The notes below the pieces were generated by a model, which was not told the DNA's origin, did no database searches, and was given only the letters and a program-made list of their open reading frames with translations. The translations under genes were made by a program, and so were the position numbers. A stretch of 64,000 nucleotides of DNA from Octopus vulgaris (Eukaryota). The stretch lies in assembly GCA_951406725.2 (NCBI GenBank), contig OX597815.1, forward strand, positions 155,930,001-155,994,000, read 5' to 3'. Below, one piece after another: positions 12,891 through 26,409 of this stretch; position 1 is the first letter of the stretch; every line of letters begins with the position of its first letter.

Positions 12891-13809
12891 AACAGCGAGT
12901 GCTGTATTGGTTACCCTGCTCGATGAATTATATATGTGTTAAAATGCCCCATTCGCAGTTAGGAGGGACAAACATAAACCCAGTGGTGATTACTAACGTG
13001 TATGAGTGAAAAGGAAAGATAAGTTGAAGGAATTCAGAACTATCACAAGTTTGAACTAAAGTTCATAGGTAAAAATAAAGGCCCGTCTGATTTTTGTTTT
13101 TGGAACGAGGGACAGCTATGGAAGCGTTTCGGCTGTAGTTTGGTCATATCAACCTTGAATAAGCCTCCACACCAGCAATGAAATATGAACAATTTAACAC
13201 AATTTTGACCAAAGGGAATTAGCATGATAAAAACTAAATGAGCTAACATAAAATAATTGAATAGAGCCAGTGGAATGTCTTGAATGCCATACACGGTAAA
13301 TTCTTATTATCCGCGAACAGAGAAGGGAAGCAAAAAAGCTAATAATAATTGTTGGTGACTCTGAATATATTGTGTTCAACCTTCAGAACAGCTCCGAGTT
13401 GGATTGTTATCCAAATGACGCCACTAATAGTTGTCAGTTATTTGCTCTTAGCAGCTTTAGTTCTGGTTATGCAAATTATTCGTCGCCAAAATATCTACTA
13501 AATTCTTTTTCCTATAAATTGTATATTTTCCATCTCCGTTGGGGGACGGGGACTATACGATGCTGATGTGGCCAGTGACCGAACGCATACAATAGGACTC
13601 CCTCTTTTCCAAACAAAATCATAATGATGTTTTCTTTTCCTCCTAAATAAGTTAATTGAACTATGAAATTATTCTTAATTTCCTGAAATTCTCACTAGAT
13701 TTTCGCTTCCTTTCTCTGTCCACGAGGGTAATTTTAAGAAATTACAACTTATTGCATTCAGCATTCCGTAATCACACGTCGATAAATACACGCGCGCGCG
13801 TGTGTGTAA

Positions 13810-14405
13810 GGCATGGCAGTGTGGTTAAGAATACACCTTCTGCAACCACATAGTTTCGAGTTCCGTCCAACTATGCGGCATCTTGGGCAAATATATTCAG
13901 CTTTAATACCTAGTGACTAATGGCTTGTGAATGACTTTAGTAGACAGAAACTGTGTTGAAAGGCGGCGAGCTGGCAGAAACGTTAGCACGCCGGGCAAAA
14001 TGCTTAGCAGTATTTCGTCTGCCGCTACGTTCTGAGTTCAAATTCCGCCGAGGTCGACTTTGCCTTTCATCCTTTCGGGGTCGATTAAATAAGTACCAGT
14101 TACGCACTGGGGTCCATATAATCGACTTAATCCTTTTGTCTGTCCTTGTTTGTCCCCTCTATGTTTAACCCCTTGTAGGTAGTAAAGAAATAGGTATTTC
14201 GTCTGCCGCTACGTTCTAAGTTCAAATTACACCGAGGTCGACTTTACCTTTCATTCTTTCGGGGTCGATTAAATAAGTACCAGTAACGCACTGGAGTCGA
14301 TGTAATCGACTTCATCCTTTTGTCTGTTCTTGTTTGTCCTCTCTGTGTTTAGCTCTTTGTGGGCAGTAAAGAAATAAGAAACTGTGCTGAAGCCCATCAT
14401 ATCTG
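13810..14405 (+). mobile_element. Old family A SINE head interrupted by a dimeric family B SINE (13961-14376)
   Basis: 15-bp TSD agaaactgtg(t/c)tgaa at 13946-13960 and 14377-14391. The insert holds two copies of gcctttcatcctttcggggtcgattaaataagtaccag (Nin/Deu-like domain). Confidence 0.85.
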
Positions 14406-14834
14406 TGTGTATGCACATGTATATATACATAAATATGCATAAGCTCAACTTCTTCCTTCATGCATAAGAAAAAAGTTTTGTATATAAATGCACTTAAACT
14501 TGTATGTCATTGAAAGCAAATCTGATGAGCTTACTTACAAAAGAAATTTTACTAATATTTACTCTACTTCTGATTATACCTCTTCTGAAGGGAGTCATAC
14601 GAAACGGACTGCAAGTTGTCAGTAACTCTTTATGCTGTTTGATATATGTTTGCATGTGCTTATTTTGGACACTGTTGACAAATTTACGGTTGTTTCGCTA
14701 TATTTTAAGATAAGAGGGTAAAAGTTTGATATAATCTTTTCTACTCTAGGCACAAGGCACAAAGTTCTTGGGGAGAGGGCCAGTCGATTAGGTCGACCCC
14801 AGTACGCAACTGATAAGGGGATGTTATAATGAAG

Positions 14835-14866
<32 letters not shown>

Positions 14867-15160
14867 CTTAGATATACAGAATATAAACATGGGCAAACAT
14901 ATCGAGAACTCGAAGGTTCTAGGTAGCATCGGATAGTATTTTATCCGATTTACAGCCACCGCTCGTCTGCTCGACGGAGGGTGAGTGTAAAACGGATAAT
15001 ATCATATCCGATGCTGCAGCGTAACTTCGAGTACTGGTTGTGAATGTTCTAAGGTTGTATTCCATATTAAATATAATCCTGTTTCGGCCATAATGAGGCC
15101 TGCCTCTTTTGTTACACACGTGCTTTGTTTTTATGATACATATATATATATATGTATGTA

Positions 15161-15223
<63 letters not shown>

Positions 15224-15368
15224 GCATACATATATATATATATCGGGAGAGAGAGAGAAAGAGAAGGAAAGTGAGATAGGCCGACAGAAACAGAGAAAAA
15301 TAATTCACATAAACAGATGACGACTTTAGTTTTAAATGCATAAAATATATATAGACGTACGTACGTAC

Positions 15369-15410
<42 letters not shown>

Positions 15411-16018
15411 GTATATAAATCTATATACATGCATATTACATATACACAAAAACATAGATTCACATATACATGTATGTATGTATGCATGTACGTTTGATAA
15501 CTTTGCTTACGAAAGAAACGCATAAGTCGACTGGGAATTTAAAATATATAAATAGCAGAAAATAGGTTGAGGGTAGCGAAGGACAATCAGTCTCGTGTGA
15601 TGATTTCTTAATCAAGTTTCATTTTAGCGAAGAAATTTTCGGGTAGCAAATGTAATTTAAATGTTGGCCATTTTATACATCGTATATTTGTTGCAACAGA
15701 TTACAGCGGGGAGTGGGAATGAGGTATGGGATGTAAGAATAGGATTAATATACCTTGAGCTTTAATAATCTAAATGAATTTCAGAGTGTAAATCAGTTAA
15801 TATTTCTAATAATTCGGTTATAAAATTGTGCGAAGACATGGAAAAAATGATTTCTTGTATATTTATTGAAGTAAATATTTTGTTACGGTTTGTATGTAGA
15901 TAAATGCTCACACGCATATAGAAAAATAACTACATACACATACATAAGCATGCATGAATACAAGTGTGTAATTACACACACACACACACACACGCGCACA
16001 CACACACACACACACACA

Positions 16019-16061
<43 letters not shown>

Positions 16062-16114
16062 ACACACACACACACAAAAGTTTATATATACGTATAGGTA
16101 TGTACACAGACATG

Positions 16115-17290
16115 ACAGAAGTAAATAGACAACCCATTAAACATCGATTTATGTTTAGTCTAACTTATAAAAATTTATATTTTTCATTAATGTGCATTTT
16201 TATGTTTCTGATTCTATATGTGACTGTTTAATCATGTCATGTACAAAACAAGCCTTGTAACTCTCTTAATTTGAAAGAGGCCGTATTGTGGATCATTCTG
16301 ATGTTGGGCATAGCGTAAAATCGTAGAAAACCATGGGATCCTACTTTCTACAGTTAACAGAGTTATTGTGCAATTTACCAGAGAGGGGTCGGAGTCCACA
16401 TGATCTCGCCCAGATCAACCAGGGCCCTCTGACAGAACTCTTCTCTTTGCTAAGAGAAGTGTGGAGGATAATCCTCGTTACAAAGCCTCTGACATAGCAG
16501 AACGAGTTGATGTCAGTCCCAGAACAGCTATCAGGTATCTCCACAAACTTGATGAATATGGCAGAGTAGCAAGAAAGAAGCCACTTCTTCGATTAGCCAA
16601 CATCAAGCCGAGAAAAGATTGGATCAGTGAGATGGCGGAATGGCCACTGGCATTTTGGGACACTGTCATATTCTCTGATGAAACCAAATTTGCTGTATTT
16701 CCTGAATGTGGTCGACTGTGGGTCTGGAGACTATGAGATCAAGAATTTGATGTGAAAAGATTGTAGCCAACAATGAAATATGGTAGCTATTCTCTGATGG
16801 TCTGGGGAACAATTTGGAGCAATGGCCGATCAGAGCTGGTGGAGTGTGAGGGAAACATGACCTCAGATAAATATGTGTCTATATTACAGAAAGGCCACCT
16901 TCCAATCTTCTCTAGCGGGGAAATGATTTAAGGAGACTCGTTATTTTTGGAAGATGGAGCTCTTTGTCACACGACTAAAATGATCCAAGATTTTTGGGAT
17001 GAGCTTCCATGGCCAAGCCAGTCACCAAATATGAACCCTATTGTACACTTCTGGAATATAATGGACAGGACACATCATAAAAAAAACAATAAAGCATTTT
17101 CAAAGTTAGATCTTTTGATACTACTGCATGAAACGTGGCAAGAAATTCCGCAAGAGAATATTCGTCATTTTATCAGTAACACGACTAATAGGGTCCTTAC
17201 AATGAAAAATGCAAAAGGCATGTCTACTAAATATCAAATATTCACGTTATAACAATTAAAAAATAAATTTTAATCTATAGTTTCAGATTT
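16115..17290 (+). mobile_element. Tc1-like DNA transposon, transposase pseudogene
   Basis: ORFs with ARKKPLL, VIFSDETKF, EDGALCHT and LPWPSQSPNMNPI motifs (DD34E type), broken by stops. Confidence 0.9.
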
Positions 17291-17329
17291 AAATAAGGAA
17301 GGTGTGTATGTATGTATTTATGTATGATG

Positions 17330-17575
17330 GACTCACCCATCGAAGATGACGTATGCGCGTTCAGCTTTTGCCGAACGATCAGCACAAATGATTTGTTTAT
17401 AGTGTTCAAATGTTCGTGTTGCACATTTACCGAACAGGTGCACTGTGTACCACGCGTCAGATGTTGAAATGGTCGCAAAGCAACGCTAGATGAAGTGTTT
17501 TGCTGCAGAATACAACACACCACTGGTCTAGGAATTTAAATCACGATCACCAGATCGTGATGAGGTCTATTATCG
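17330..17575 (-). mobile_element. Decayed tRNA-derived SINE (related copy at 60730-60920)
   Basis: Shared gtaccac(g/a)cgtcag..gatgaagtgttttgct..gaatacaac..ctaggaatt blocks. Confidence 0.6.
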
Positions 17576-17593
17576 CGAACCCAGTGTGTACCC

Positions 17594-17715
<122 letters not shown>

Positions 17716-17729
17716 CTGTCCTTTGCATG

Positions 17730-18810
17730 CTTACGAGGGTTGAGTAATCTGAGTTCACTAGTCGCTTTAAGGATTGGATGTATGAGAATGCCATCCTACC
17801 CAAGATTTTATCGCCCTTGTATGCCAACCGTTGAAACTCCGGGGAAGAAGCTCAGCAGATTTTTAAAGGAGGTGGTTGGGTTTACCAGGCAACCTCAGCA
17901 ATACTACTTGGTACGGATCCACCAACACTCTACGACACTCCTAAATTAACCTCTAAGAAGAGTCGATACGAACAAGAGACGCTATGCGGTGTAGAGATTC
18001 CAGGAATACGATAGTAGAAGCTGAAACTGATAGTATTGAAGTTCACATAAACAGAAAGGAAAGGGCCGTTAGAGAGTTGCTGTTGACGTATGAACGGACG
18101 AAGCAGAAAGATCACACTGGAACCTTGGCTATAGAGCGTTCGGGCTTTGGTACTTTCCAACCTGCCAATTGGAAATATCAAAGTAAAGGAGCAGCAACAC
18201 AACCAAAAAACGTCCATGAAAGTGTAGAGGAAGCTCGTCCAAGCAGGATGGTGGGACACTGCCAATATGAATCTTCGACTGAGTGGGTCGACATGAGCGT
18301 TCCTTCAAAATCTCTCAATAGCTTCCCCTGAGTCCTACCCAGCAACCACTACCGTTAGAGATATGGCCAGGTCAATGCCGTTGCAGAGGTGATAACACTT
18401 GCTATTCAGCGCAATACATACATCAGGAAAGAAGCCGTCACGTTTCTCGAACATGGATTGAAGCCCTGTTTAGGGAAAGCCCCAGACTGGTAATCGATAG
18501 TGCATTTTGTCAAACAGGTTAACTTCCTAAGGCATCTTATTTATACAAACGACATCTCACCTAGGCAGATTTATCTTCTTAGAAGCCTTCAAGTAGGAGG
18601 TCATGTCCAAACTGATTGTGCCCTCTGCGAAGAATACGTAGAGAAGGCTTATAAAAGAAAGTTAGCTAAAAACCAATACAGCATTGGAAGTTGGCTGGCA
18701 GGATTTCGTGGGTCCGGATTCGATTTATTTTGTGAAGATCTGACTGTCCTTCGAACAACTAATGCAGCAAAGAGGTGAGGAACATACATTCCATTACCGA
18801 TACTGCAGAT
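17730..18810 (+). mobile_element. Decayed LINE with a restriction-like endonuclease C-terminus (R2/NeSL-type group)
   Basis: Fragmented ORFs 17984-18331 and 18500-18778. EDLTVLRTTN resembles the ELTVPWEEN motif of such elements. Confidence 0.45.
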
Positions 18811-19337
18811 GAAACCACAAGAGGGCAAGATGACTTTTGATAAATAAAAGGTAAGACCTGTGCTGCTGGAATACAAGTTTGTACATTTGTGTGAGAGACC
18901 TGATGTGTCGAAAGATCCAAACTTTCCAAGATTTCAAAACCTATCACTGATGATGTATCCCAGAACATCTGTGTGATGTATTTTGGAAACTGAGCTATAT
19001 GCGTCTGAGATCGTATGTGTATAAAGTTATTTATGGGCGATTTTGTTCGTGCCTTTGTAAATATATAACCTATATATCATGACATCAGCGATTGATAAGA
19101 TTACATAGTTTCTGAATCCAGGTTTTTTATAAATTAGAAAATAATCAGAGCAAAAAGGTCAAAAAAAATATAATAATAAATAAAAGAGGAGAGGGGCGGT
19201 AAAATTAGTAAGGAAGAACAAAATGAAATAATGCGGATAAAGATTATGGTTGTTGCGTTAATGCTACAATATATTTTCGCTGGATTTAATTAGAATCTCT
19301 AGCTTAAGGTCAAATACTGAGCTCTCAATATACTTAC

Positions 19338-19409
19338 TCTTTTGTATTGCAAATGGCAATTCTCATTATCTTCGGAATCGTCTTTGGAAGTCTTTGTGAT
19401 GGTTCGTTC
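19338..19409 (-). CDS. PLCE1: 72-nt coding exon ERTITKTSKDDSEDNENCHLQYKR of the same gene
   Basis: T-rich acceptor ttttgtattttatattag|GAA and consensus donor AGA|gtaagt. Phase 0/0 with no stop. Joins LLQLE to LQQMVV in frame. Confidence 0.75.
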
Positions 19410-19870
19410 CTAATATAAAATACAAAAAAATATAAATATATAAATAAATGAGGAAAATATATAAATACAGAAACAAATAAAACCGAGGAAAATAATTCAG
19501 AAGAAATCCATAATAGATTTACTAACAAAGGATATAGGTTAATTGTCATTTAAAGAATTTTACTGAACAGGACAGTTTTTCATACATCTTCAGATTATAC
19601 TTATACGTAAAAACACAATGCACGTGCGTCCAAGCGTGTATGTATATGTGTGTGTACATGTGTGTGTATGTCTGTGTGTATGTGTGCATGTGCTTTTAAT
19701 GTGTGTGTGTTCATGTGTCTGTGGTGTGTGGCGTGTGTGCATGTGCGTGTGGTGTATGTGTGAATACACATACATGTGTTTACACAATAGATATATATAC
19801 ATTCTCTCTATCTTTCACACACATATATTGTAATATACACATACACACATATAAATATATAGAGAGAGAG

Positions 19871-19915
<45 letters not shown>

Positions 19916-19950
19916 CAATGCACACACACACATACGCACACACACACACT

Positions 19951-20008
<58 letters not shown>

Positions 20009-21084
20009 GTTTATGTATGTGTATGTGAATGATGGAACAGATGGATGTGTCATTGTGTGCCTAAAATGATACGTACATGTTCCCATTCACACACACAATA
20101 TATCCGCTGTAAAGGCTTTAAGAGAAATATGTCGTTTATGCACTTTTACTTTATTCCCAATATGAGCTTTGATATGTTCTTTTTTCTCTCTCATTTCGCT
20201 TTTCTGTCTCATTTTAGAGATATAGAATGTATATAAAATCAATATATCCTAAAAAAACTATTGCACAATGGCAATATTTTCAATCTTGCCTTAGAATATT
20301 TTGTCAATATTTTCTGATACGTCTGATTGATATGGAGTGGAGGTGGGCGCATATTTATTAAATTTTTTTAACTGCTAAATCTGTCACAGCTACTAAGACC
20401 GTACTGGTGTTCAACCTTCAGAATCGAGTATCTTGTCCTTTGTATTGTCTCTTTGTATATATATATATATATATATAGACGAATAGCGAAGGTAAAGAGC
20501 ATCTCTCACTCTCTTCATATTACTTATACGTTCAAATATATTCAGAATAATTTACTTGTATTTATTCCATTTATACGTTCCTAGTTCAAATTCTGCAAGT
20601 CTACTTTGCCTTTTCACCTTCTAAATTTGATTGAGGTATTATTACTCTAGGGTGGTACACTGGTAGAGTTACAAGATCAATTATGGGATGTCTTACTGTA
20701 TGTATTCCGGTCCTTTATGCCCTGAGTTCATATCCCACTAAGCATACTTGAGTGGTAGATTTAATCCATCACCAACCAATGCATTTTGGTTACCTTCAAC
20801 AGACTTCATTTTGTTACATGCACTCTGGTCAGAACTCTGTTTTGAGGATAGTTTGTTTCTTCTCACTTGTGTCTGGAGTCTTTGTAAATGGTCATGAGCA
20901 CAACCCTTTCTTCCTAATTAAGCAATAAAAGAATTAACGTCAGATCTGTTTTTGTTGAGTCTTTAGGTGTAGTTGGTATCCTAATTGGGATGAACGATCT
21001 ACTTTCGAGGTTACTGAGATATCACTCTCTATATAAAGCTGAAGTTGTTTGTGTATGGCAGGTTTGGTAACCTTCAACTAACAC

Positions 21085-21410
21085 TATCTCCTCCGAGACC
21101 CTGCGGCGCAAGTTGACCAAAATTGAGAGTATGATAGAAGGTTTGCTCTTCCTTCCGTAGAAAAAAATTCAAATCGGACCATGTTAACACCAAAAATTAT
21201 TTACATCAAAAAGGTGTTTTTTTTTCTATGAAAATTCCAATTTTCTACGATTCTTTGACTGCTGTGTCACCATTTTTCGGTGTATTTCAACCAGGAAAAT
21301 TTTCACTCAACGAGAAGAACAAGCTGTATAATGCAAAACTTTTACGTTTCATAAATTCCAATTCTAAAGGGTTGAAACAAACCTAAGCAACGCCGGGCGA
21401 TACTGCAGGT
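21085..21410 (-). mobile_element. Possible non-autonomous Helitron/Helentron-like element end
   Basis: Minus strand begins gcagtatcgcccggcgttgcttaggtttg, resembling the GC-rich subterminal hairpin of such elements. No coding support. Confidence 0.35.
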
Positions 21411-23539
21411 TAAAGATAAAGGTATATGCATACCTGTTAAAATGCTCAAGAGTAACATTGGTAATGCTTTGTTAGCCTTTCAGAAGATAATTTTACAACT
21501 GAAGACCTTTAAATGCCAAACTATTGTTGTCTACTTTTCCTTGGTTAAGAATTTATGGAAAGGAGTATTGGGATCTAATGGCATTCTTTCGGAATCCGAT
21601 TGAATCGCTTTTGCCCCAAGCTATTATTAGATTACAAGGAAGCGAAAGTAGTTTTTTCCTTCATCTCTATATAATTCTGCTTGTTCGTTCGCACGTTATA
21701 ATTTACTTAGAGAAGTGGAGGTGGAGGGAGTGAGAGGTAGAGTAAGAGTGAAAGAGATAGAGATAGAGAGATAGAGAGTTAGAAGTCAAAGAAAGTGTAG
21801 AGAAGAAAGAAGAGCGGAAGCATTAGAGAACGGTGTATAATATTAATACACTAACGCCAAATGTGTCACGTGGTTAGCTGAAGGGAGAGGCGAAGAGCGA
21901 GAAAAAAGAGGGAGAGAGAAAGAGAGTGAGAGAAAATGAGTGAGAATGACATGTGGTAGTGTGGAGAAGGAATAGTTATTAGCTGTTTAAACAGTTAGCT
22001 GACGGGAAAGGTAAAGAGAAGGGGATATATTTAGGATACAATATTTAGCAGAGGGTAATGTTCTGGTGGCGAGGTTAAAGAAAAGCAGACAAAGAGATGG
22101 ACAGAGAAGGCAGTTATATTGAGAGAGAGAGAGAGAGAGAGAGAAGTGGGGAGAGAGAGAGGTGGGGAGAGAGAACGTTTATATTTTCAGAATAGAGATA
22201 CATCGATGAATTGTTCTATGAATTTAATATAAGTAAGAGGTATGTAGAACATTTGCAATAGGAATAGAAGGCGACAAATCATGTTTAACCGAGCTTTTGA
22301 TCATGTATATACACATCATAATAACAATGAAAAAATAGTGCGTTTTAGTTAAAGAATCGATGAATACAGATTGATATCACCGATAATTTCTTCCGCATTA
22401 TTCTTATAGCTTTTATGGAGATGGTAAACAAGAGTTTGGCTTGGATTAAGAGACCTCTCGTATTGTGACTGGTTAGCGTTTATTATAAACTGTTAGTGAT
22501 TCACAGTTCCAAACTTACCTTGCAGCTAAATATGACAGCGGATACAAGTCCGAAGGCAAGTTAAATGTAAATAATTCACGTTTACTCGTCTTTGTCAGCC
22601 AAATTGTTTTGTCATATAAGATTACGAAGACATATATTTGCACTGTTAAATGACATTGTGTTAAAACGTTCGTATCTTTTTCAATACTTCGCATTTGTTG
22701 ATGTCAGGTTGGAACTAGTTCTTTTATAGGTTGTAACATACATAATCTTAGGTTAGCGATTTTATCTTTTTACTACCCTTTTTATTGTTATTCTATGCCT
22801 TCCTTCTCTTCCTTTCTAATTCGTCCTTCATTTTTGTTTCACTGATGATCTTCTGTTAAACCCAAACGTAAGATATGGTCTGATTGAGACTTACAATGAG
22901 CTTTCATTCCACCAAACTGTTTCTCTTTCCCTCATCATCCCCTTCTAACAATAATTATGGCCATAATTATTCCACAAATTCCTTCTGTAGAAAAATAATA
23001 GTTCGCGTCAACAAATTTACTACCGAATATATCAAAAATCTACATAAGAAAGTTATGCCGCGAGGAAAACAATTGTCAATGAATATTAGAACAAATAAGA
23101 GACAGGGACTGGACTTGTTTTAGTATTACGATGACTGCATTAAGTATCTACCTTCTATTTACGAAGTATGCTATTACTAACTAAGCTATTGTCTCAATTT
23201 AGTCTTTTAAATTTATTCCTTTATTCTTTTATTCTTTCATTTGTGTCAGTCATTTGACTACAGCCATGATGGAGCATCATCCCTTGGTGCTTTCCCACGC
23301 ACGATGAAGTCTATGCTTAGCAGATGAAGTCATAATAAGACTAAAACAAGTCAAGAGTTGTGTCCCATCCTTGTCAAAATACTGAAAATAATATATATAA
23401 TTGACTAATATTTTTTTCCTTGTTACATAATCATGAATAGTTTGTCACTATAAGGACCCCTTTGTTATAGATTTTAACATCGACTGATTGGTAGACATTT
23501 CTGTTGGCTATAAGCTTATTAATAAGTCAGAACAAAAGA

Positions 23540-24190
23540 TGCGAAAACAAAGGTACACGGACACAAGCTTGAACATGTGACATTAGATTGCACGTATTTA
23601 GGACAAATAATAAATCGGAAAAATCGCTGGGTAAAAGAAGGTGCTCGAAGAATAATTAAGGCTAAAAGTACGTGTACATAAGAATGTACACGTACATAAG
23701 AATGAAAAGAAGTATCTTCACGCTGTACAAATAATAAGATGAGTAAACTTGTATTTTGCCTGTTATCTCCTATGGTATAGATATTTGGAAAATGTACAGA
23801 GCAAAACAAAGAAAAAGGTAGAGAACTTTGAAATGTTGGTTTTTCACTGACTGAGAACAAGTTGGAAAAGCAGAGGTAACAACCGCTGCAATACTAGAAA
23901 CGCTAAAATCCATAGTCACCTATTGTCAAGAATCAAGTTTACAAAGCTATCATACTTCAGACAAACAATGCGTCACAAGGTCCAAGTCACAGCTCAAGAC
24001 AATCGCTACTGGAAATGTGTAGGGAACGAGGGCAAGAATTGGTCAAAGACGTTTGTTGACGGCTGCAGCGAATGGTCTGAAAGCAAGAGTCTACCTGATT
24101 GAATACATGCAGCAAAACACAGAGGGAAATGGAGAATCTTGGCAAGCTGCCTCCTCATGGACACAGGGAAAGCACCTGACTGCTACTAAT
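23540..24190 (+). mobile_element. Decayed RTE-type LINE 3' end
   Basis: Remnants of FEM.....L..SW..RVT...IL, .YF...MRH and TGNV.G.R.R.G.R motifs. Confidence 0.5.
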
Positions 24191-24944
24191 GATGATCGTA
24201 ACATAAGATAAAAGAATTTGTTTGTTTTAGAAGTTTCACATTAACTTAAATTTATTTTCTTCCCCTCCTGTTTTCTTCACCTGTGTCCAGCAGACATACA
24301 GAAATTTCTAACAACTCTCAGTGAATAATTTCGACTCTGTTCCTCCTTAGTACACACAGAATAATATATGAGTAAACAAAAGCCAGAATCGAATATGGAA
24401 TTAATTTGGAAAGCAACAAAGACGAACTTCACTTCAAATTGTCTCTGCAAAATATTATCAGTAATGATGTGAGTATTGGAGAGAGAGAGGTGGTGGTGGT
24501 GGTGGTGGTGGGGAGATTCAGGGTGAGGATATCGGAGAAATAATTGCCGGTTTCTTAGAAAATGACTGATAGGCCGACACGTACAGACAGATGTAAACAT
24601 CTAAAATGGAGAATGCTAGACCACAAATCAATTTGTAAGAAAGAATTAAGACATTCTTGAAAAACAATACGTCTCACTGATGATCGAGATGTTTGCAAAT
24701 ATATTCTATGACCGATCTGTCTGAGCATTATTAACATATAAGTACACACACACACAAACACAATTAACATCAATATGTGTGTTTGTGTATACACCCACAC
24801 CTACACCCACATAAGTATATATAAAGTAAATAAAAAGAACGAAGAACAAACATAAGACAAAAACAACAACGCGAGGACGTGGTACATGGAAAGTATTAGC
24901 AGACACTCAGGGAAGGAAAGAAAGGGGGTATTCTATATTCTTTT

Positions 24945-25397
24945 ATTCTTGTATATTCTTTTATTTCTGTCATTTGACTGCGGTCATGCTGGAGCACTGC
25001 CTCTAGTCAAACAAATCGACCCCAAGACTTATTCTTTGTAAGCCTTAGTACTTATTCTATCGGCCTGTTTTGCCGAACCGCTAACTTACGGGAACGTAAA
25101 CACACCAACATCGGTTCTCGAGTGATGGTGGGGGAGCAAAAAGACACACCAACACAAACACACACACATACACACACAAATACACACACACACAAACACA
25201 CACATATATATATTCGACGGTCTTCTTTCAGTTTCCGACTACCAAATCCATTAACACGGCTTTGGTCGGCCCGAGGCTATAGTAGAAGACACTTGACCAA
25301 GGTGCCCTGCAGTTAGACTGAACGCGGAACCATGTGGTTTGTGAGAAAGTAACACTACACAGGTCCTCCTGCGCCTATCACAGCCACTCCTGCGCCT
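24945..25397 (-). mobile_element. SINE family A
   Basis: Full-length reverse-complement match to 32070-32477. Confidence 0.85.
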
Positions 25398-25423
25398 ATA
25401 TACACTCAATTAGCATCAATATG

Positions 25424-25468
<45 letters not shown>

Positions 25469-25469
25469 A

Positions 25470-25610
25470 GTTAATCCAAACAAGAAAGCACAAAAAAACA
25501 CAACAACGCGAGGACGCGGAACAAATATAGTATTATTGGACGCTCAGGAAAGAAGGAGGGTTTAACGTTTCGAGCGGAGCTCTTCGTCGGAAACATAGGA
25601 GAAGGAAAAA
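25470..25610 (-). mobile_element. Short hammerhead-bearing element (paralogue at 33410-33620 on +)
   Basis: Minus strand gttt-CCGACGA-A-GAGC-tcc-GCTC-GAAACGTTA-aac at 25559-25594. Flanks are near-identical to 33470-33620. Confidence 0.7.
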
Positions 25611-25613
25611 AAA

Positions 25614-25677
<64 letters not shown>

Positions 25678-25701
25678 CATACATACATATATGTTACATG
25701 T

Positions 25702-26003
25702 GGAGGCGCAATGGCCCAGTGGTTAGAGCAGCGAACTCGCGGTCGTAGGATCGCGGTTTCGATTCCCAGTCTGGCCGTTGTGAGTGTTTATTGAGCGAAA
25801 ACACCTAAAAGCTCCACAACGCTCCGGCAGGGGGTGGTGATCCCTGCTGTACTCTTTCACCACTCTTTCTTCTGTTGGCCTGCTCGCTTAGCCAGCGGGG
25901 TGGCGTCATTCGAAGGCTAAAACAATGCGAAGGCATTTGACCAGCGATGTGTAACAACATCTGATGGTCTGGTCGGTCACGTGATATCACGTGATCACGT
26001 GAA
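25702..26003 (+). mobile_element. tRNA-derived SINE family C with TSD
   Basis: A box tggcccagtgg and B box ggtttcgattcc. 13-bp TSD atatgttacatgt at 25689-25701 and 26004-26016. Confidence 0.9.
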
Positions 26004-26409
26004 ATATGTTACATGTATGTATGTATGTAGTACCAACTATGTACACACAGAACCTCACACATTAATATATATACACGCACTATAGAACTATATACACAAA
26101 CACGCAGTTAACATCTGTCTATCTGTCTCTCTCTATGTGTATATATATATATATATATATGTATATAATATAGGTGTAAAAAGGCTGTATGTAGATTCGT
26201 CCTTTAATTTTGGAGGTTTCCAAAAGGGATTTTTAATATTGATTCTTCATTCTTCGCTGGTAGTTTACAGGCGTAAATTTGCAAAGATATGAAGGTAATA
26301 CTTGTATATAATGCGTGGTGAACTTATGGGAAGAAGCCCCATAATATTCGTCAATTTATTTTAAAATGGAGGAGACAAGTTGTTAAAATATATAAGAAGT
26401 TTAATTCTT

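Noticed and set aside
25702-25780. tRNA gene (also 46460-46532 and 32070-32140)
   Set aside because: A/B boxes continue into SINE bodies with tails or TSDs, and no clean acceptor stem is present.
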